The notes under the pieces were generated by a model that made no database searches, was not told the DNA's origin, and worked only from the letters and a program-made list of their open reading frames with translations. The position numbers and the translations under genes were made by a program. From Alphaproteobacteria bacterium PA2 (lineage in GTDB: Bacteria; Pseudomonadota; Alphaproteobacteria; Caulobacterales; Caulobacteraceae), in NCBI GenBank assembly GCA_002256425.1, contig NKIZ01000001.1, positions 1,073,943-1,137,942 on the forward strand: 64,000 nt of DNA. Direction: 5' to 3'. Below are positions 47,781-56,316 of this stretch, in pieces. The first letter of the stretch is position 1. Each line of letters starts with the position of its first letter.

Positions 47781-48253
47781 CGATCACTTCGAGGGTTCCC
47801 GAGACGTCGGCGAGCGGCCTGCGGCTCGACGACTATCTGCCCTACAGGCTGTCGGTCGCCTCCAACGCCGTCTCGGGCCTGATCGCACGGGCCTATGAGG
47901 ACCGGTTCGGCCTGACCATTCCGCAATGGCGCCTGATCTGTGTCCTGGCCGAAGACCTGGCCCTCAGCCAGGTGGACATTGTCGCCCGCACCGGCATGGA
48001 CAAGGTGACCGTCAGCCGGGCGGCCCAGGGTCTGCTGAACCGGCGCATTGTCAGCCGCAGTGAGCACAAACGGGACGGGCGGTCGCACATGCTGGCCCTC
48101 ACCAAGGAAGGCGCCCATCTGCACAGTGAGATCGCGCCCCTGGCCCTGGCCTATGAGGCGGCCCTGATCGCTGGCCTGGCCCCGTCCGAGGTCGCCATGC
48201 TCAAGCGTCTGCTGTCACGGCTGCAGGGCGCGGCCCAGGCTCTGGGGGGCTAG
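47777..48253 (+). CDS. MarR family regulator
   Basis: YLPYRLS, QWR, DKVTVSRA, DGRS winged-helix motif. Confidence 0.9.
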   Translation: MTITSRVPETSASGLRLDDYLPYRLSVASNAVSGLIARAYEDRFGLTIPQWRLICVLAEDLALSQVDIVARTGMDKVTVSRAAQGLLNRRIVSRSEHKRDGRSHMLALTKEGAHLHSEIAPLALAYEAALIAGLAPSEVAMLKRLLSRLQGAAQALGG

Positions 48254-50133
48254 CCCCAGCCCAGCGCGACGGCGGTCTGGTAGACGATGAAGGCCGCCCC
48301 ATAGGCCAGGGCCAGCATGTAGACGAACATGAAGATGGGCCAGCGCCAGGTATTGGTCTCCCGCCGCACCACGGCCAGGGTCGCCACGCACTGGGGCGCA
48401 AAGACATACCAGGCCAGGAAGGCCAGGCCCGAGGCCAGGGACCAGGACTGATGCAGGGTGGTCGCCAGGCTGGTCGCCGCATCCCCGCCCACCGCATAAA
48501 CCGTGCCCAGGGCGGCCACAGCCACTTCCCGGGCCGCCATGCCGGGGATCAGGGCCACGGTCATCTGCCAGTTGAAACCGATGGGCGCGAAGATCGGCGC
48601 CAGGGCGTGGCCGATCATGCCGGCGAAGCTGTAGTCGATGGCCGGGCCTGTGGCCCCTGCAGGGGCATTGGGGAAGGTGGACAGGAACCAGACCAGGACC
48701 ATCAGGGGCAGGATCACGCGCCCGGCCCGCTTGATGAAGATCTTGGCCCGGAGCCAAAGACTGCGGGCGACATTGATCAGCTCTGGCGCCTTGTAGGTTG
48801 GAAGCTCCATCATGAAAGGCTCGCTGACCCCGCGCCAGAACACCTTGCGCATGACCAGGCTGACGGCCAGGGCCGAGAAGATACCCGCCGCATAAAGGCC
48901 GAACATGACCAGGCCCTGCAGGCTGGCGAAGCCCCACAGGGTCTTCTGCGGCACCACGGCGCCGATGATCAGGGTATAGACCGGGATCCGCGCCGAGCAG
49001 GTCATCAGGGGCGCGATCATCATGGTGGTCAGGCGGTCGCGCTTGTTGTCGATGACCCGCGTCGACATGATGCCCGGAATGGCGCAGGCGAAGCTGGAGA
49101 GCAGGGGGATGAAGGCCCGGCCATGCAGGCCCGCTCCGCCCATGATCTTGTCCATCAGGAAGGCCGCCCGGGCCATGTAGCCGGAGTCCTCCAGCAGGAT
49201 GATGAAGAAGAACAGGATCAGGATCTGCGGCAGGAAGACCAGGACACTGCCGACCCCGGCAATGATCCCGTCCGCCAGCAGCCCGCGCAGCAGGCCGTCC
49301 GGCAGGACCGCAGAGATACCTGCCGCTAGCTGGCCAAAGCTCTGGTCGATCAGGTCCATGGCCGGCGCGGCGCCCGTGAACACCGCCTGGAACATGACGA
49401 ACAGCAGGGTCAGCAGGATGGTCATGCCCCACACCGGATGCAGCAGGACGCTGTCGATCCGCCCGGTCAGGGTGTCGGGGTGCTCGGGCGGGCGGACATA
49501 GGCCCGCATCATGGCCTGGGCCTTGCGGTGGGCGTCCTTGATCTGTGAGGCGTCCAGTTCGCGCCATTCGCTGGCCTGGACCGGCGGCAGGTCGGCCAGA
49601 ACCTCATCGACCTTTGCCACCAGGTCCTCGATCCCCCGGCGGCGGGTGGCCACGGTTGTGACAATGGGCGCGCCAATTTCCCGCGACAGCCCCTCCAGGT
49701 CGATCTTCAGCCCCTGCCTCTGGGCGATGTCGTACATGTTCAGCGCCAGGACCAGGGGGCGCCCCACGGCCTTGAGCTCCAGGATCAGCCGCAGGACCAG
49801 CCGCAGATTGGTGGCGTCGGCCACACAGACCACCACGTCGGGGGCGATCTCTCCGGCCAGCCGGCCCAGGACCGCATCCCGGGTCACCGCCTCGTCCGGG
49901 CTGCGGGCCCGCAGGGAATAGGTGCCCGGCAGGTCCAGCACCTGGATCCGCCGGCCAGAGGCTGACACCACCGTGCCTTCCTTCCGCTCGACCGTCACCC
50001 CGGCATAGTTGGCCACCTTCTGCCGCGCCCCGGTCAGGGCGTTGAACAGGGCGGTCTTGCCGCAGTTGGGATTGCCCACAAGAGCGATGCGGGCTGGGGC
50101 GATGCGGGCCGGGGCGGCGAGGGCGGAAGTCAT
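48250..50133 (-). CDS. feoB: Ferrous iron transporter FeoB
   Basis: GNPNCGKT, VANYAGVTVE, DLPGTYSL, LNMYD, SGYMARAAF, PQC. Confidence 0.96.
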   Translation of the reverse strand: MTSALAAPARIAPARIALVGNPNCGKTALFNALTGARQKVANYAGVTVERKEGTVVSASGRRIQVLDLPGTYSLRARSPDEAVTRDAVLGRLAGEIAPDVVVCVADATNLRLVLRLILELKAVGRPLVLALNMYDIAQRQGLKIDLEGLSREIGAPIVTTVATRRRGIEDLVAKVDEVLADLPPVQASEWRELDASQIKDAHRKAQAMMRAYVRPPEHPDTLTGRIDSVLLHPVWGMTILLTLLFVMFQAVFTGAAPAMDLIDQSFGQLAAGISAVLPDGLLRGLLADGIIAGVGSVLVFLPQILILFFFIILLEDSGYMARAAFLMDKIMGGAGLHGRAFIPLLSSFACAIPGIMSTRVIDNKRDRLTTMMIAPLMTCSARIPVYTLIIGAVVPQKTLWGFASLQGLVMFGLYAAGIFSALAVSLVMRKVFWRGVSEPFMMELPTYKAPELINVARSLWLRAKIFIKRAGRVILPLMVLVWFLSTFPNAPAGATGPAIDYSFAGMIGHALAPIFAPIGFNWQMTVALIPGMAAREVAVAALGTVYAVGGDAATSLATTLHQSWSLASGLAFLAWYVFAPQCVATLAVVRRETNTWRWPIFMFVYMLALAYGAAFIVYQTAVALGWG

Positions 50134-50451
50134 CTAGGCGTCCAGCTGGATCATCACATCGCCGGCGTCCCGGCGGCGCAGGGCGATGCGCATGTCGTCC
50201 AGCTTGACGGCTATGGGGTCATGTCCCACCCCGCCCTCATGGATCACCTCGATCCGGGCGCCTTCCACAAAGCCGAATTCCAGCAACCGCCTCTGCAGTT
50301 CAGCGGCGTCGACCCCGTGGTCCAGACCATCCCGATCGGCCTGCACGTCAACGATCACGCCCGCCGCGCCGACCCTGGCGTCCCGCAGCCTCACGCGCGC
50401 GCCCTCGCCCTGCCGGGCGGTGAGGTCCTTGGTCGGGAAAGGCGCGGTCAT
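50134..50451 (-). CDS. feoA: Ferrous iron transport protein A
   Basis: RRLLEFGFVEGA.IEV, DPIAV, IALRR. Start moved to ATG 50451. Confidence 0.88.
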   Translation of the reverse strand: MTAPFPTKDLTARQGEGARVRLRDARVGAAGVIVDVQADRDGLDHGVDAAELQRRLLEFGFVEGARIEVIHEGGVGHDPIAVKLDDMRIALRRRDAGDVMIQLDA

Positions 50452-50481
50452 GGGAAGGGGAGGGAACCTGTCTCTGCGTAC

Positions 50482-50500
50482 TTGCGAGTGATTATCATAT
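50482..50500. promoter_or_regulatory. Fur-box-like site upstream of feoAB
   Basis: Minus strand ATATGATAATCACTCGCAA contains ATGATAATCA of the canonical Fur box; 30 bp upstream of feoA. Confidence 0.65.
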
Positions 50501-50504
50501 ACAT

Positions 50505-50617
50505 ATAGCGACCCGAAGGGCCCGACGCAATTCCGGGGCTTGCGGCCACAGTCGCCCCCTGATTTCAGCGCATGTCCGGTCCGATAACCGGTTCCCACTT
50601 CTGGGAACATGCCCTAG
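50505..50617. repeat. ~113-bp palindromic intergenic element, copy 2 (same family as 17047-17161)
   Basis: Right arm GCATGTCC...GATAACCGGTTCCCACTT...GGAACATGCCCTAG; left arm GCGAC...GTCGC stem; ends in CTAG. Confidence 0.65.
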
Positions 50618-50635
50618 ATTGCCCGCCCCGCTGGC

Positions 50636-50719
50636 GCCCCAGTGGCGAAATGGTAGACGCGGTAGACTCAAAATCTATTGCCGAGAGGCGTGCTGGTTCG
50701 AGTCCGGCCTGGGGCACCA
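50636..50719 (+). tRNA. tRNA-Leu (CAA)
   Basis: Acceptor GCCCCAG/CTGGGGC, anticodon arm GTAGA-CTCAAAA-TCTAT, long variable arm, GGTTCGAGT T-loop, encoded CCA. Confidence 0.96.
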
Positions 50720-50778
50720 CGGGATAGGGTCAGTCAGGGTCGGCCAGGAAAGCGCGCTTGGCTTTGATCCAGGCCAAA

Positions 50779-51222
50779 CTAGGCGGGGGGTTTGCCCCCG
50801 GGCTTCCAGGCCAGTGCCACGATCAGGACGGGAACAGTCAATTCCAGGCCCAGCAGGATGATGAACGGCAGTCGGGGTGGACCGCCAGCCAGCCAGGCCA
50901 GCGCCCTGCCAACCCCTCCAGCGAGAAACAGGCCGGCCAGGGGCACGATCCAGCGTCGGTGATCGTCAAGTCTGGCGGATGTCCAGATAAGCGCCGCGCC
51001 ATAGGCGACCCAGAAAGGCGCGTAAAAACGAAGTTCACTGTCGGTGGTCGGCGAGAAGGTCTCTCCGCCCTCGAAGGGCAGACCCAGAGCAAAATCTGTC
51101 AGGCGTTCGGTCGTTGCAGCCGTGATCTGGGCGCCGAGGAAGAAGATCGACGATCCGATCAGGACGGCGGCTGCTCCAAGCAGGATCAGAAGGCTTCGGA
51201 GGATGTGGTCTCGCATGGCCAT
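50779..51222 (-). CDS. DUF4345 family membrane protein
   Basis: DSELRFY motif, four TM segments, GGAGG SD before ATG 51222. Confidence 0.8.
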   Translation of the reverse strand: MAMRDHILRSLLILLGAAAVLIGSSIFFLGAQITAATTERLTDFALGLPFEGGETFSPTTDSELRFYAPFWVAYGAALIWTSARLDDHRRWIVPLAGLFLAGGVGRALAWLAGGPPRLPFIILLGLELTVPVLIVALAWKPGGKPPA

Positions 51223-51387
51223 TTGCCTCCCCAGGTTCGGGCAGGAACTGGATGCCATGGTTCCGCAGGCGCGCACAGGTACTGAAGAGACGTGTGGCCC
51301 CGCGGCCTGCGAAAAGTTCCCGCAGGCTGCTGTGGTTGTGGCGTCGCAGGGCCTGAGAGGCTATGGCCAGCCATCTGGAGTCGCCCC

Positions 51388-52299
51388 TTGACCACCCCCG
51401 CCGCCCCCGCACCCCACGCCCAGGTCCAGAACACCGGTCTCGGGATCATCTTCCGGGTGGCGGCCATGTGTTGCATGGCGGGGCTGGGGGCGATTGTGAA
51501 GTGGACCTCCGGCAAGGGGGTGCCGGTCCTGGAGATTGTCTTCTTCCGCAACGCCTTCGCCTTCGTCCCGGTCCTGCTCTACATCAGCCAGACTGCGGGG
51601 TTGGGGGTTCTGAAGACCCGGCGGCCGGTGGGGCATCTGGTCCGCAGCACCATTGGTCTGTCAGGCATGGTGTTCGGGTTTTCGGCGGTCAGTCTTCTGC
51701 CCCTGACCCAGTCCACGGCCCTGTCCTTTTCCACGCCCCTGTTCATGACCGCCCTGTCGGCACTGATCCTGCGCGAGCCGGTGGGCGCCCACCGCTGGGC
51801 GGCGGTAGTGGTCGGGTTCATTGGCGTGGTCATCATGATCCACCCTGACCCGGCTCATTTCGCCGGTATTGGCGTGGTCTTCGCCCTGATCGCCGCCGTG
51901 TCGGCTGCGGGCGCCCAGATCGCCATCCGCGAGATCGGCCGGACAGAACCAGGCCCGACCATCGTCTTCTATTTCACCCTTGCCGGAACGGTGCTGGGCC
52001 TGGCCAGCCTGCCCTTTGGCTGGATCATTCCCGATCTGCCGGTGCTGGGCCTGCTGATCCTTGGCGGTCTGCTGGGCGGTGTCGGGCAATTGTTTCTGAC
52101 CGAGGCCCTGCGCCGGGCCAATGTCGCCGTGGTGGCGCCCTTCGACTATACCCAGATGGTTTGGGCCACCCTGTTCGGGTTCTTCATCTGGCATGAGGTT
52201 CCCAAGGTCTTCACCTGGGTCGGCGCCCTGGTGGTGGCGGGCAGCGGGGTCTATATCCTGCTGCGGGAAACCCGCAGGTTCCGCCTGCCGCCAGCGTGA
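51388..52299 (+). CDS. DMT/EamA family transporter
   Basis: EIVFFR, HLVRS, FSTPLF, LRE.VG.HRW, APFDY. TTG start inferred from a GGAG SD. Confidence 0.88.
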   Translation: MTTPAAPAPHAQVQNTGLGIIFRVAAMCCMAGLGAIVKWTSGKGVPVLEIVFFRNAFAFVPVLLYISQTAGLGVLKTRRPVGHLVRSTIGLSGMVFGFSAVSLLPLTQSTALSFSTPLFMTALSALILREPVGAHRWAAVVVGFIGVVIMIHPDPAHFAGIGVVFALIAAVSAAGAQIAIREIGRTEPGPTIVFYFTLAGTVLGLASLPFGWIIPDLPVLGLLILGGLLGGVGQLFLTEALRRANVAVVAPFDYTQMVWATLFGFFIWHEVPKVFTWVGALVVAGSGVYILLRETRRFRLPPA

Positions 52300-52365
52300 T
52301 TTGACACCTCGCGGCTTTGGGGTGAGCCTGCCGCCATCAGGTCGCAGCCCAAGCAGGAATGTATC

Positions 52366-52935
52366 ATGTCCAAGCTCTTCATCGCCGCCGGATTCGCCCC
52401 AATGGTTCTGGCTGCGGCGGTTCTCGCACCCCAGTCGGCCCTGGCGGCCTCCACCGTGTTTGGCGGAGGTATGGCCGAGGCCTGCTCCAAGGCGGCCATT
52501 CGTGGCGAGGTGGACGCACAATATGAAAAGGTCTGCACGGAGTCGCTCAAGACCGAATTCCTCGACACCCAGGACAGGGCGGGGACCTATGTGAACCGCG
52601 GTGTCCTGCGCCTGCGCCGGGCCAGCTATGACGACGCCACCCGGGACTTTGACGAAGCCGCCCGCCTCGCGCCCAATCTGGGGGAGGCCTATGTCAACCG
52701 GGGCGCGGCCCTGGTTGGCCGTCGCCAGTTCTCCCAGGCCCTGGTGGACATCAACCGGGCCATCGACCTGGGCGTCGATGAGCCGGCCAAGGCCTATTAC
52801 AACCGCGCCCTGGCCTATGAGGGGCTGGACAACCTGAAGGCCGCCTATTTCGACTATCAGAAGGCCCAGGAGATCAGCCCGGAATGGGAGGCGCCGAAGA
52901 AGGAGCTGGCCCGGTTCTCGGTCTCCAAACCCTAG
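52366..52935 (+). CDS. Secreted TPR-repeat protein
   Basis: Signal peptide; YVNRG, AYVNRG, AYYNRA TPR repeats. Confidence 0.85.
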   Translation: MSKLFIAAGFAPMVLAAAVLAPQSALAASTVFGGGMAEACSKAAIRGEVDAQYEKVCTESLKTEFLDTQDRAGTYVNRGVLRLRRASYDDATRDFDEAARLAPNLGEAYVNRGAALVGRRQFSQALVDINRAIDLGVDEPAKAYYNRALAYEGLDNLKAAYFDYQKAQEISPEWEAPKKELARFSVSKP

Positions 52936-53004
52936 ACCTTCCCGAACCCTAGACCTTTCACGGGTTTCGCCGCATGTTCCCGGCGAACTTGAAGAGGTAT
53001 TCCC

Positions 53005-53865
53005 ATGCGTTGGCAGGACGGTGACCGGGGCGGCAATATCGAGGACCGGCGTGGGCTCCATCCCGTTGCGGCTGGCGGCATAGGCGTCGGCGGCCTGGTC
53101 CTGGCGGCCATCGGCTATTTTGTCTTTGGTATCAGTCCGTCCGACACCCTGAGTGCTGTCAACCAGATCAACGGCGCCCAGGCCCAGCAGGAACAGCAGG
53201 CCGGCGCCAGGGGCACCCCCGGCGATCAGGACGCCCAGTTCGTCGACGTCATCGAGCAGTCGACCACCGATGTCTGGACGCCCATCTTCCAGCAGTCGGG
53301 CCGCGCCTATCAGCGGCCGGCCGGCATGGTCATCTACCAGCAGGCGACACCCACCGGCTGTGGCGAGGGCCAGAGCGCCATGGGGCCGTTCTATTGTCCG
53401 CAGGATCAGAAGGTCTATCTGGACTTGAGCTTCTGGCAGGAACTGGAAACCCGGTTCGGGGCCGGCGGCGAGGCCGCCCGGGCCTATGTCATCGCCCACG
53501 AGATCGGTCATCACGTCCAGCAGCTGACCGGCGCGGCCGAACAGTCCCGGCGCCTGGGCGCCCGTGGGGCAGATTCAGGGTCTGTGCGTCTGGAGCTGCA
53601 GGCCGACTGCTATGCCGGCGTCTGGGCGGCCCATGCGGCCGAGGTTTCCGGCGGTCGCGTCGCCCTGGACCCCAGAGATATCGAGGATGGCCTTGCGGCC
53701 GCCTCTGCCGTCGGCGACGACACCCTGCAGAAACAGGCCCAGGGCCAGGTGGTTCCCGACGCCTTCACCCACGGGTCCAGCGCCCAGCGCATGAAGTGGT
53801 TCCGGGCTGGGGTGGAGTCGGGCGACCCGGCCGCCTGCAACACCTTCGGGGCGGCGCGGCTTTAA
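53005..53865 (+). CDS. YpfJ-like neutral zinc metallopeptidase
   Basis: S.NIEDRR-like N-terminus, GPFYCP.D..VYLD, AHEIGHHVQ, ELQADC, FTHGSS. Confidence 0.92.
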   Translation: MRWQDGDRGGNIEDRRGLHPVAAGGIGVGGLVLAAIGYFVFGISPSDTLSAVNQINGAQAQQEQQAGARGTPGDQDAQFVDVIEQSTTDVWTPIFQQSGRAYQRPAGMVIYQQATPTGCGEGQSAMGPFYCPQDQKVYLDLSFWQELETRFGAGGEAARAYVIAHEIGHHVQQLTGAAEQSRRLGARGADSGSVRLELQADCYAGVWAAHAAEVSGGRVALDPRDIEDGLAAASAVGDDTLQKQAQGQVVPDAFTHGSSAQRMKWFRAGVESGDPAACNTFGAARL

Positions 53866-53901
53866 GAAGAGCTGATCGGCGGCAAGGCCGAGCTTTATGA
53901 A

Positions 53902-53986
53902 CTGGACCCCGGCCTCCGCAGGGGTGAGCGGTTGAAATGCTGCGGCATGCCCACCCCCGGTCATACCGGCGCAGGCCGGTATGCAG
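53902..53986. repeat. Pair of oppositely oriented REP-like palindromes (CGTC-type, degenerate)
   Basis: Minus strand GCTCACCCCTGCGGAGGCCGGGGTCCAG (53902-53929) and plus strand GGTCATACCGGC-GCAG-GCCGGTATGCAG (53959-53986). Confidence 0.55.
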
Positions 53987-54018
53987 TTCGTAGGTCCCAG
54001 CCTTTCCGGGTCGGCGCT

Positions 54019-54714
54019 CTAGCCTTCGAGAACCGGAACGGGTTCCAGGCCCAGGCAGACATTGACGCAGCGCCGGGCCAGCAGTTCGCCGGCGTCAAGC
54101 AGGGGCACGGAAACCTCACCTGGGGTGAGGACCAGAGGCACTTCGGTGCATCCGGCGATGACGGCTTCGGCCCCTTCGCTGACCAGGATCTGGGCAAGAT
54201 CGGCCATGCCCTGGCGGACAGAAGTGCTGCGGTCGCCAGCCTTGATCATGTTCAGCAGGGTCATGAAGCCTGTCTGCGCTTCAGGAGGCAGGGTGACCAG
54301 ACCCATGCCCTGGGCCGCCAGATACTCGTGATAGAGCTTCACCGCGTCCTTCGTGCCCAGCACGCCTGCCCGCCGGGCGCCGGTGTCCCGGGCAGCCCGA
54401 GCCCCTGTGGCGATCATGTCGATCAGGGGAAGGCCTGAGGACCGGCTGATCAGGCCAGCGTGGACGTGGGCGGTGTTGCAGGCGATGGCCAGGACATCGG
54501 CGCCAGCGCCGCGCAGGGCGCCCGCCATCTCGGCCAGGATAGGGCCCGGCTTGGCGAAGGGGTCATTGCGGTCCGGCACCTGGGGGTTGATGTCGACGAT
54601 GACCCGGATGTGGTCCTGATCCTTCTTGGCCGGGGTGAAGGCCTGGACCTTGGTCAGGAAGTCGAGGGTGGCGGCGGGCCCCATGCCCCCCAGAACGCCG
54701 AGCACCTTGCTCAT
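54019..54714 (-). CDS. Cofactor-independent Asp/Glu racemase family (possible cysteate racemase)
   Basis: [24 protein letters not shown] two-Cys catalytic motifs. Confidence 0.88.
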   Translation of the reverse strand: MSKVLGVLGGMGPAATLDFLTKVQAFTPAKKDQDHIRVIVDINPQVPDRNDPFAKPGPILAEMAGALRGAGADVLAIACNTAHVHAGLISRSSGLPLIDMIATGARAARDTGARRAGVLGTKDAVKLYHEYLAAQGMGLVTLPPEAQTGFMTLLNMIKAGDRSTSVRQGMADLAQILVSEGAEAVIAGCTEVPLVLTPGEVSVPLLDAGELLARRCVNVCLGLEPVPVLEG

Positions 54715-55715
54715 GCCAGATGTCCTTCCAGAACCGTTGCATAGCCCGAGAGGCCCTGGGCCCCGCCGGTGTGCAGGAAGACCACGGTCTCGTCCTTGAA
54801 ATGACCCTTCCGGCAGAGGTCGATCAGACCCTTCATGGCCTTGCCGGTATAGACCGGATCCAGCAGCAGGGCCTCGGTCCGGGCGGCGAGCTTCAGGGCT
54901 TCGATGATGGCCTCATCCACCAGGCCATAGCCGGCGCCCACATAGTCGCAATTGGCGACGGTCATGTCGCGGGTGACCCGGTCGCCATGGCCCAGCAGTT
55001 CGGCAGTCGCTACGGCCAGCTTGTGGACATTGGCTTCCTGGGTCTCCTTCGGCGCCCGGACACCTATTCCGAGGATCGGAATATCGGCGCCCACCAGGGC
55101 CAGGCCCGCCACCAGGCCCGCATGGGTTCCTGCGCTGCCAGTGGCCGTGACGATGCGGTCAATGACCAGACCCTGGGCATTGGCCTGGGTCACCAGTTCG
55201 ATGGCGCAGTCCACATAGCCGAGCGCGCCTATGGTGTTCGAGCCGCCGCCGGGAATGACATAGGGCTTGCCGCCCTGGGCGCGGACTTCCTCGGCCACGG
55301 CGTCGAGCGCCGCATTCATGTCGGATCCAGCCGGCACATTGCGCAGCTTACCGCCCATCAGGCGATCCAGCAGGACATTGCCGCTTTCATTGTAGTCGGC
55401 GGCGTTGGTGGCGACCCGTTCTTCCAGGATGATCTCGCAGGCCATGCCATAGCGGGCCGCTGCGGCGGCGGTCTGGCGGACATGGTTGGACTGGACTGCC
55501 CCCTGGGTCACCAGGGTGTCGGCGCCCTGGGCCAGGGCCTCGCCCACCAGGAATTCCAGCTTGCGGGTCTTGTTGCCGCCGCCGGCCAGACCGGTGCAGT
55601 CATCCCGCTTGACCCACAGCTTCGGGCCCCCGAGCTCGGCGCTCAGCCTGGGCATGGGCTCCAGCGGCGTCGGCAGGTGGGCGAAACGGGCGCGGGGGAA
55701 ACGGGCGAGATGCAT
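54711..55715 (-). CDS. PLP-dependent D-cysteine desulfhydrase / cysteate sulfo-lyase (CuyA-like)
   Basis: [47 protein letters not shown]. Confidence 0.88.
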   Translation of the reverse strand: MHLARFPRARFAHLPTPLEPMPRLSAELGGPKLWVKRDDCTGLAGGGNKTRKLEFLVGEALAQGADTLVTQGAVQSNHVRQTAAAAARYGMACEIILEERVATNAADYNESGNVLLDRLMGGKLRNVPAGSDMNAALDAVAEEVRAQGGKPYVIPGGGSNTIGALGYVDCAIELVTQANAQGLVIDRIVTATGSAGTHAGLVAGLALVGADIPILGIGVRAPKETQEANVHKLAVATAELLGHGDRVTRDMTVANCDYVGAGYGLVDEAIIEALKLAARTEALLLDPVYTGKAMKGLIDLCRKGHFKDETVVFLHTGGAQGLSGYATVLEGHLA

Positions 55716-55776
55716 GGGGAACTCCTGTCAGGACCGGCCTAACACAGGTCCTGACGCCGCGCCCATATGCTGGGCC

Positions 55777-56142
55777 CTAGGGGCGAAGCTTTTTCGGAAT
55801 GGCTGAGGCCTGTTCGGGGCTCAGCTTTTCGATCCTGTCGATGATGCAGGCGCTGGCGCCACCCGTGGTCGCGATCTTGAGATTGAGATCAATGGGCTTG
55901 CAGATCGCCCCGCCGCCAAAGCTTTCCGTGATGATCGGATCACTGCGCATGGCGCCGCCCAGACAGGCGCCCTTCATGGACACCTTGTAGACATCCTGAC
56001 GGCCGACAGCCAGGTACATGGTGTCCCTGTCGGCGATGGAATGGCCCCGGATCTCACTCATTCTGAAGCAAGCAGCGTTTGCGGAGCCGCTGGCGGCGGA
56101 CAGGGCCAGTGCGGTGGAAAGGCAAAGGGCGAAGAGTCTCAT
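55777..56142 (-). CDS. Small secreted hypothetical protein with Cys pairs
   Basis: Signal peptide; ACF...I, C, C..IDL, C.I..IEKL pattern; CAGGAG SD before ATG 56142. Confidence 0.7.
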   Translation of the reverse strand: MRLFALCLSTALALSAASGSANAACFRMSEIRGHSIADRDTMYLAVGRQDVYKVSMKGACLGGAMRSDPIITESFGGGAICKPIDLNLKIATTGGASACIIDRIEKLSPEQASAIPKKLRP

Positions 56143-56316
56143 GATCGTCTCCTGCGGGTCGCTTGAAGTCTGAAGCTCGCCTTGAATATGGGCCAAATTC
56201 CGGCCCGATCCAGAGGTGTCAAAATACCAGCTTTTCAGTGGCGAGACTCAGGCGTATTGCAGTGCAGCATGTTTCCTGGGGGGACGGCCCTTCGGGACTC
56301 AAGGAGCGCTTTCCCC

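Noticed and set aside
50636-51390. Integrative element at tRNA-Leu
   Set aside because: There is no integrase and I saw no duplicated tRNA 3' end (att site) downstream.
51661-53514. 617-aa minus-strand ORF, and similar long antisense ORFs (29360-30730, 58641-60140, 15305-16507, 57127-58233)
   Set aside because: These are shadow frames of well-supported opposite-strand genes, expected in high-GC DNA, and they carry no recognisable motifs.
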